From contig CAZWPK010000001.1 of the NCBI GenBank assembly GCA_964635905.1, positions 437,096 to 501,095 on the forward strand: a stretch of DNA of 64,000 nucleotides. Direction: 5' to 3'. This document shows positions 58,598 through 64,000 of the stretch, piece after piece. The notes beneath the pieces were generated by a model, which was not told the origin of the DNA, ran no database searches, and saw only the letters and a list, made by a program, of their open reading frames with translations. Numbering within the stretch: the stretch's first letter is position 1; each line of letters starts with the position of its first letter. The position numbers and the translations under genes are program-made. Source of the DNA: an uncultured Pseudomonadales bacterium. Its GTDB lineage: Bacteria; Patescibacteriota; Microgenomatia; UBA1400; UBA12028.

Positions 58598-58944
58598 ATA
58601 TTACCATCTGGGTCCTTAAAGTATGCCACAGTTTGCCCCCATTCAGTTGTTTTGGGACCTTCAAAGACTTCAACATTCTTGGCCTTTAACGCTTCACATG
58701 TTTTGTCTACATCAGAGACTTGAAATCCATATACCGCACCACCTGCCTTTCCCATATTCTTTGCTGGAAACATTGCAATTGCTGTTTTTCTACTGAATAT
58801 AGCTAAAGAAGTCCCTTCTAATTTGAAATCAGCGAATTCACCATCGGTAGAGTTTACTTCCAAACCAACGACATCCCTGTAAAAAGTTAGGGAACGCTCG
58901 AAATCAGCTACTAATAAGCAAACTGCAAATAGTTTATTGAACAT
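58576..58944 (-). CDS. VOC family protein (glyoxalase/bleomycin-resistance fold)
   Basis: VADFERSLTFYRDVVGLEV...DPDGNIWEI is typical of VOC. Confidence 0.6.
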   Translation of the reverse strand: MFNKLFAVCLLVADFERSLTFYRDVVGLEVNSTDGEFADFKLEGTSLAIFSRKTAIAMFPAKNMGKAGGAVYGFQVSDVDKTCEALKAKNVEVFEGPKTTEWGQTVAYFKDPDGNIWEISKS

Positions 58945-59053
58945 ATTAAATTCACCTCCTTTCAGTATTTACAGGAAGGTTACCAGTTAAGTCTAGTATT
59001 CTCTAGGGTAGTTAACTACACCAAGAATCAACTATAATTACGGTAGCTTTTAT

Positions 59054-59728
59054 ATGCACGAAACACAAAAAATACTACTGAAACGATTGCTTACACAGAA
59101 TGGGCAAAGATACTCCAGTCTCACAGTCGGCTACGATTTTGACGACAATGTCGTATTTCACCTTAAACAGTTAATTAATAAAGGTCTGATGAAGAAAGAG
59201 GCTGATAAATATCTAATAACTCTTGAGGGAATTAAAGTCATCACAGATTACGACTTACTAACCATCGAGGATACTGGATATAAAACGTTTTTTGTCGGAT
59301 TTTTATGTAACTTTGGAGATAAGTACTTAATAAAAGAACATCCCACTGAAACAACCAATTTTTATAATCTACCAAGCGGTAAACCAAGATTTGGAGAATC
59401 GATCGATATTGCTTTAATTCGTACCTTTGAGTCCAACACTGGTATCACTCTTAACAAAAAAGATTTTAAGTTTCGGTCGTTACACTTGAAGACTGTCAAA
59501 ACTTCATTAGGAGAAACATTATTTGATGATGCATTCACAATTTATACAGTGGAAATCAATCAAAAACAAAAAGAGAGAATGAAATTACACAAACAAATTA
59601 GTTGGAAGTCGATTGGTGAGATTCAAAAATTATCAAATCGCTGGCCAGAAATAGATATTTGTATTTTGAAAAATGACTCAAGTCCTTATCTTAGTTATGA
59701 ACTAAAGTCAGACTATATATTGAGCTAA
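59054..59728 (+). CDS. winged-helix plus Nudix-like domain protein
   Basis: N-terminal wHTH-like region. Partial Nudix box SGKPRFGESIDIALIRTFESNTGI. Confidence 0.4.
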   Translation: MHETQKILLKRLLTQNGQRYSSLTVGYDFDDNVVFHLKQLINKGLMKKEADKYLITLEGIKVITDYDLLTIEDTGYKTFFVGFLCNFGDKYLIKEHPTETTNFYNLPSGKPRFGESIDIALIRTFESNTGITLNKKDFKFRSLHLKTVKTSLGETLFDDAFTIYTVEINQKQKERMKLHKQISWKSIGEIQKLSNRWPEIDICILKNDSSPYLSYELKSDYILS

Positions 59729-59733
59729 CTGTT

Positions 59734-60204
59734 TTAAACTCCAGCTCTTTTGTCAACTAAACCACCCATATAGTTTGCTTTGTAGATTATTTTGTCGCCT
59801 TGAGTTATTTGTTCCTCTCCAGAATATCGCTCAACATCACCAGTCCAACTGTTGTGATAAGTAAATTCACCATCGACAAATTCTTTAGGTCCACGGAAAG
59901 GCGCATCTTCAGGCATCTGCTTTAGAGCACCCCTAAGAATTGCGTAAACCGGATCTGTAGCTACTCCCTCTGCGACCCAGCCATAATAAACCATCATCCA
60001 AACCGGCTTGTCCTGATAAAAAGCGACAAGTCTACCGCCATATGGTTCGCCACCGAAGAAATTATCGTGAGATTTCCATTCACCTTTAGTATAAGGAATT
60101 GTTGTTGATCCATCTGATTCTTTTATCCATTTCTTTTCTTCACCACCAGCATAACCAGCGTTGTTTGAATCGAGTAGAAAATTTACAAGAGCTTGTTTAT
60201 TCAT
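59734..60204 (-). CDS. conserved hypothetical protein (156 aa); paralog of 11188-11664
   Basis: High similarity to the core-genome copy. ATGA overlap with the upstream gene. Confidence 0.5.
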   Translation of the reverse strand: MNKQALVNFLLDSNNAGYAGGEEKKWIKESDGSTTIPYTKGEWKSHDNFFGGEPYGGRLVAFYQDKPVWMMVYYGWVAEGVATDPVYAILRGALKQMPEDAPFRGPKEFVDGEFTYHNSWTGDVERYSGEEQITQGDKIIYKANYMGGLVDKRAGV

Positions 60205-60527
60205 AGTTCATCCTCCGATAGTAATGGGTATATATCAAAAGCGACTTCTTCATAGGGATGAACTTTGCGCATTGCAGAAATTACGTCTTTTGCTTTATCT
60301 CTGTCACAGACGCACTCGACACGTTCTTCTTGCACCTCTTCAGGTTTGCCAACCTCACCAATGGTTGGATTAGCACCTTCAAGAGGAAGAAATCATCCAA
60401 TATCATCTATTGAATAACTGCAGTGACTGTAATTCCCGATCTTTCCCGCACCAGCACCACCCATCGCTTTACGAACGATGTCTGTGTGAGACTTTGGTAC
60501 GAACACAACTATTTTAACTTGCGACAT
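60201..60527 (-). pseudogene. conserved small protein (~107 aa, IGNYSHCSYS...PLEGANPTIGEVG...HPYEEVAFDIYPL family) interrupted by an in-frame TGA at 60393-60395
   Basis: Minus-strand translation reads MSQVKIVVFVPKSHTDIVRKAMGGAGAGKIGNYSHCSYSIDDIG*FLPLEGANPTIGEVGKPEEVQEERVECVCDRDKAKDVISAMRKVHPYEEVAFDIYPLLSEDEL. Both halves are in the same frame. Coupling to flanking genes is preserved. Confidence 0.5.
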
Positions 60528-60540
60528 ATTATTTTTATGA

Positions 60541-60870
60541 TTAGTTATCCCAAAGTTCCATTAGTAATAGGACTTTGAGAGTCTGATTTGGTAACGAGTG
60601 GTAGTTATAGACAGTATGGGGTGGAATTGTAAAAACATCGCCTTTGGCAACCTTGGTGACATCTTTCCCAATAACAAATTCTCCTACTCCATCCACAATA
60701 TAATAAATTCTTTCTAGATCATTTGTATGGACTTCACCGTGGTCATTTGTAATTTCGGCATAAACAACTGACTGATAACCATTCAAGTGTTTAAGCTTGT
60801 AGTTCCAGCTTTTCGTCTGATCCCAGTCTTGGCGAATTGATTGTTTTTGAGTGATTTTCATATGTTCCAA
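60541..60870 (-). CDS. cupin domain protein
   Basis: Cupin motifs HTNDLERIYYIVDGVGEF and GDVFTIPPHTVYNY. Confidence 0.55.
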   Translation of the reverse strand: MEHMKITQKQSIRQDWDQTKSWNYKLKHLNGYQSVVYAEITNDHGEVHTNDLERIYYIVDGVGEFVIGKDVTKVAKGDVFTIPPHTVYNYHSLPNQTLKVLLLMELWDN

Positions 60871-61589
60871 TTAGTCATCTTTAATTCAATGGTGTCTATT
60901 TGGATTTTCCTAGGAGCGGCAATAGCTTCGACAATATAATGAGCGACTTCAGCTGGATTCATTTCCGCGCTGTGATCGTCACCAAAATCATCCCCCGCAT
61001 TTTTATCTATATTGGTGGTAATCGGACCGGGATGAATCGAGGTGACTTTAATATCTGAGTTATTGTTATATCTAGAAGCTAAGGATTTTGTATAACCTGT
61101 GAGAGCCCATTTAGTGGCTGTATACACAGACCAATTCTCATTTTCAGGATAAGGTAGTCCAGCAATAGAATTTATAAACACGAAATGACCAGATTGTTGC
61201 TTCTCAAATTGAGGTATAAGCGATTCAGCAAAATATATTGGGCCTAAAGAGTTAGTCTCAAAAGCCTGTTTAATTCTTGAGAAATCGTTGGTAGCTATTT
61301 TGTTTGAAATCCAAACACCAGCATTGTTGACTAAAACATCAACTTTGCCAAACTTTTCTACGATCTTGTTAACGGTTTCTTTTACCTGGGTAGCATCAGA
61401 AACATCACAAGTAAAACACTCTGCTTTTCCACCATCGTTGACTATTTGTTCTTTTACTTTTTGAAGTAGATTTTCTTGACGAGCAACAAGGGCGACAGTT
61501 GCACCAACTCTAGCAATCTGGCAAGAAATTTCCCTACCAAGTCCTTGACTAGCACCTGTGACAATAATAATTTTATCTTTAAGTTGCAT
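60858..61589 (-). CDS. short-chain dehydrogenase/reductase (SDR)
   Basis: TGASQGLGREI cofactor motif. NNAG. Catalytic YxxxK (YTATK). Confidence 0.8.
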   Translation of the reverse strand: MQLKDKIIIVTGASQGLGREISCQIARVGATVALVARQENLLQKVKEQIVNDGGKAECFTCDVSDATQVKETVNKIVEKFGKVDVLVNNAGVWISNKIATNDFSRIKQAFETNSLGPIYFAESLIPQFEKQQSGHFVFINSIAGLPYPENENWSVYTATKWALTGYTKSLASRYNNNSDIKVTSIHPGPITTNIDKNAGDDFGDDHSAEMNPAEVAHYIVEAIAAPRKIQIDTIELKMTNWNI

Positions 61590-61735
61590 GTTTGTATTTT
61601 ACTTTAATTTGCCTAGAGTATAAAGGCGATACATAGCAACAGTACCTCAATCTCTAAAAAAGTCCAGCCATTCTTTTTCCCAACAAAAGATGCCTGCGGT
61701 TTAGTTCAGGCATCCTTTGTATTTAGCCGTAGTCA

Positions 61736-62338
61736 TTATCTACCCAGGTCGACTACGATGCTTTTGTTGCTCCAGAAACTGGCGTTGTACTGGAACTTTA
61801 AGCCTGTAGCTGTTTTGGGTACTTCAAATCCGACCCAATCAGTTTTCTTGGCTTTGGCTATCAGTGCGCCGTCTAATCCCAGAGACCCTGGATTTTCCAT
61901 TCTCTTGCTGGTTACCGTAGTCTGATATTGATTATTATCTTTATCAGTCACAAACATCTGGCCTAGGGTAGTAATGTACTCTTGGTTTGATCCAGTGTTT
62001 TCAACCGTCAGATTCAGCTCTATCCATTGGTTTCCAGATGATGGCTTGGTGTATTGACCACCTTGGGATGTCTCTACTTTATTAACGGTTAGGATGACAT
62101 CACCCATTTGGACTTTATCGCCGACTTTATACATCTGCTGGGTAGGCTGATTGTTAGTATTGGTCGCGGTTTGGGTAGTAGTGGAGTCGTTAGACCCAAC
62201 TTTCTTGCTTTCGCCACCTTTACTGCCAATCATTCCCAGAACAATGATGATGAGTAGGGCAATTCCGCCCCATTTTAGTAATTTTTTCATTATTTTCTCA
62301 CCTCCTTTCTTTAACTGAATAATACCGCTTTTAGCCAT
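61736..62338 (-). CDS. DUF4352-like secreted/lipoprotein (Ig-like domain)
   Basis: Signal/TM KKLLKWGGIALLIIIVLGMIGS, a Thr-rich linker, then YKVGDKVQMGDVILTVNKVE...WVGFEVPK typical of DUF4352. Confidence 0.5.
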   Translation of the reverse strand: MAKSGIIQLKKGGEKIMKKLLKWGGIALLIIIVLGMIGSKGGESKKVGSNDSTTTQTATNTNNQPTQQMYKVGDKVQMGDVILTVNKVETSQGGQYTKPSSGNQWIELNLTVENTGSNQEYITTLGQMFVTDKDNNQYQTTVTSKRMENPGSLGLDGALIAKAKKTDWVGFEVPKTATGLKFQYNASFWSNKSIVVDLGR

Positions 62339-62396
62339 GAAATGCTAGTTATCGTCTGTAGAGCTATTGACATCATTTAGTTACGCTTTATGTACT

Positions 62397-62609
62397 ATGT
62401 CAATAACTCCTACCAGAAAGCAGTTTGGCAAGAGGCTAAGAGCCTTAAGAAAGAAGGCTGGGCTGTCTCAGGAGGAATTAGGCTTTAGAGCCAACCTCCA
62501 TAGAACTTATATCGGTTCTATCGAAAGAGCTGAGCAAAACGTGTCGGTGGATAATATCCACAAACTCGCTAAAGCCTTGAAAGTCTCGGCTGACGAGTTC
62601 TTCAAATAA
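62397..62609 (+). CDS. XRE family HTH transcriptional regulator
   Basis: LRALRKKAGLSQEELGFRANLHRTYIGSIERAEQNVSVDNIHKLAKAL. Probable start at the internal Met (62397). Confidence 0.6.
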   Translation: MSITPTRKQFGKRLRALRKKAGLSQEELGFRANLHRTYIGSIERAEQNVSVDNIHKLAKALKVSADEFFK

Positions 62610-64000
62610 TTAAAATCTTTTACCCCACATCCCTGCGGTGATGGGTGCGTCTAAGTTTCGGTACTCTCCAGTGAATGGATCTATTCCCCAACGATCCCTT
62701 GGTGGCTCGGTAGGGCCATTTGATTTATAGGTTGGTCTGTCAGACTGCAAGACTTTTAAAACGATTATGGTAAATGCATCAACCAGATCGTCATGCTTTT
62801 CGATGCCAAAATTTACGATTTGACTAATGAGAGACTCTGCACCTTTTTGTGGGAACAGAACTTTACCTTGTCTGATATATGGCGTTGCCATTTCTAACCT
62901 TGTCTGTTTATTCATGCCGGATATCGCAACTGGTTCTGCTAATATTTTTTCAATAGTTAATTGTTGAACGACTGCCATTTGGTAGCTTACATTTTCAACT
63001 AAAACCGTAGGTACTCGTTTGTAGTCTTGTTCTAAAACGGCACTAACTCTTTTAATTTCTAAAATCGTATCGGGAAAGTTCATCCGTTTATTTACGATAT
63101 ACGGCAGGACGTATATTTTTAAGTCGTCCCCGTATCCAATAACAATAAAGGGAACGAGGGAGGTAAAATCTGCACTGCTTTTTTCGGAAATAGCCAAGTC
63201 AATTCCGATTCCTAAAATTCGATAATATCGTAGGTCTGGCAACTTATCATAAAACTGTGGCCAGCTCCTTTGCACGATTCTCTTATCGTCAGAAATAAAC
63301 TTGAGTAAATACTCACGATACCAAGCTGATTCATCTGCAACCTGTCGTCTTTTTGTTTCGATATGCATCATCGAGGGATATTTGCCAAGCCAAGCGATAT
63401 TGTCATTTTTATCGAGTAAGGGGTATTCTTTGTAGACTCCATCCATTTTTCCGTTATTAATATTTTCCTTTAGTCGCATCATTAGAGAGTCTTCATGCAA
63501 GAGGTTTCCGATAATAACAATCTTAGTATTAAGATCGCCGATAGGCATAACCTCTCCCGTAAACCAATTCCACACTTTGTCCCGACCCTCTCTAGTTTTA
63601 ACTGATTCCAAATCTTCAACGTCATCAATCACGATAAGGTCTGGCCGATACTGGTAGTGGCGTAACCCTCGGATACTCTCACTTTGAGAGATGGCCGAAA
63701 TGCGAGCGTTAAATTGGGGAATTACAAATGAGTTAGACCTCCACTCATCGGCAACTTCATTAAATGGTCCAAAGTCTCGGATTAATAATTCATTTGATGA
63801 CAATTCTTGTTTAATGTTAGTTAATATTTGCTTGGATAGATCCTGAGTTTGGCTAACAACTAAGGTATATTTCTTGGCAGGTCTACCCACCATTGCCCAG
63901 ATTGGGTAGGCAAGACTGGCAATGGTCGATTTTGCCGAACCTCGAAAAGCCGTTATCGCTACTTTTAATAATCCGTCATTTTGCAGCAGATTAAATATTT
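62610..64000 (-). CDS. phage terminase large subunit (the N-terminal ATPase part runs off the window end)
   Basis: The reading frame stays open to nt 64000. The upstream translation gives ...FRGSAKSTIASLAYPIWA (Walker A-like P-loop). DLIVIDDVED resembles Walker B. A C-terminal RNaseH-like nuclease region has acidic residues. Confidence 0.65.
   Translation of the reverse strand, partial: IFNLLQNDGLLKVAITAFRGSAKSTIASLAYPIWAMVGRPAKKYTLVVSQTQDLSKQILTNIKQELSSNELLIRDFGPFNEVADEWRSNSFVIPQFNARISAISQSESIRGLRHYQYRPDLIVIDDVEDLESVKTREGRDKVWNWFTGEVMPIGDLNTKIVIIGNLLHEDSLMMRLKENINNGKMDGVYKEYPLLDKNDNIAWLGKYPSMMHIETKRRQVADESAWYREYLLKFISDDKRIVQRSWPQFYDKLPDLRYYRILGIGIDLAISEKSSADFTSLVPFIVIGYGDDLKIYVLPYIVNKRMNFPDTILEIKRVSAVLEQDYKRVPTVLVENVSYQMAVVQQLTIEKILAEPVAISGMNKQTRLEMATPYIRQGKVLFPQKGAESLISQIVNFGIEKHDDLVDAFTIIVLKVLQSDRPTYKSNGPTEPPRDRWGIDPFTGEYRNLDAPITAGMWGKRF

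Larger units (their letters stand above)
55206..64000. mobile_element. integrated AT-rich element (prophage-like / integrative island) inserted next to tRNA-Glu and extending past the window end
   Basis: Abrupt GC drop right after tRNA-Glu. A large serine recombinase sits at the proximal end, an XRE regulator and a terminase large subunit at the distal end, with cargo genes (glycosylase, VOC, Nudix, cupin, SDR) between. A paralog of a core gene is also present. Confidence 0.55.

Noticed and set aside
60201-60527. Whole-genome alternative genetic code (UGA=Gly, code 25 as in Gracilibacteria/SR1), suggested by the in-frame TGA in a conserved gene
   Set aside because: Long core genes (secA 938 aa, PBP 878 aa, lysS 708 aa) are uninterrupted under the standard code. 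TGA is also used as a terminal stop, including in ATGA coupling overlaps. A single site is better explained by a nonsense mutation, local readthrough or an error.

Overview
This window is a gene-dense bacterial chromosomal segment with a core GC of roughly 45-47% and a more AT-rich segment at each end, suggestive of acquired DNA.

Core content:
- The core is dominated by translation and housekeeping genes: the thrS-infC-rpmI-rplT and pheS-pheT operons, argS, serS, an unusual lysS, efp with both of its modification enzymes epmA and epmB, secA, tig, pyk, greA, rarA, a class-A PBP, and a complete F1Fo ATP synthase operon.
- There are three tRNAs: Val on the minus strand, and a Lys-Glu tandem on the plus strand.
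- Several proteins are shortened forms (ThrRS without N-terminal domains, a short PheT, trigger factor without a PPIase domain, pyruvate kinase without a C-terminal domain), which suggests a reduced-genome lineage. The phylum cannot be assigned from sequence alone.

Regulatory RNA:
- A T-box-like leader with the conserved AGGGTGGTACCGC motif sits upstream of argS, and a probable second one upstream of serS.
- A classic leader-peptide attenuator (MHTAHKASCFFFTNHR, followed by alternative hairpins) sits upstream of pheS-pheT.
- Several rho-independent terminators are visible.

Accessory and unusual regions:
- The 5' end (1-2500) is AT-rich. It carries a CD-NTase/SMODS-like nucleotidyltransferase (truncated by the window edge), a small ORF, an XRE HTH regulator and a convergent single-HKD PLD-family nuclease, which looks like a candidate defence module.
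- lysS carries a roughly 200-aa C-terminal HD-domain extension, hypothesised to be a YqeK-like Ap4A hydrolase.
- The ATP synthase operon is interrupted by five or six small non-canonical ORFs, and its delta subunit appears reduced to a C-terminal-domain-only ORF.
- An unlisted 49-aa lysine-rich histone-H1-like gene with a strong RBS lies upstream of secA.
- After tRNA-Glu begins an AT-rich integrated element carrying a large serine recombinase, cargo genes (an AlkA-like glycosylase, a VOC protein, Nudix, cupin and SDR proteins, and a conserved small gene with an in-frame TGA), an XRE regulator and a terminase large subunit that runs off the window end.

No CRISPR array and no rRNA were seen.
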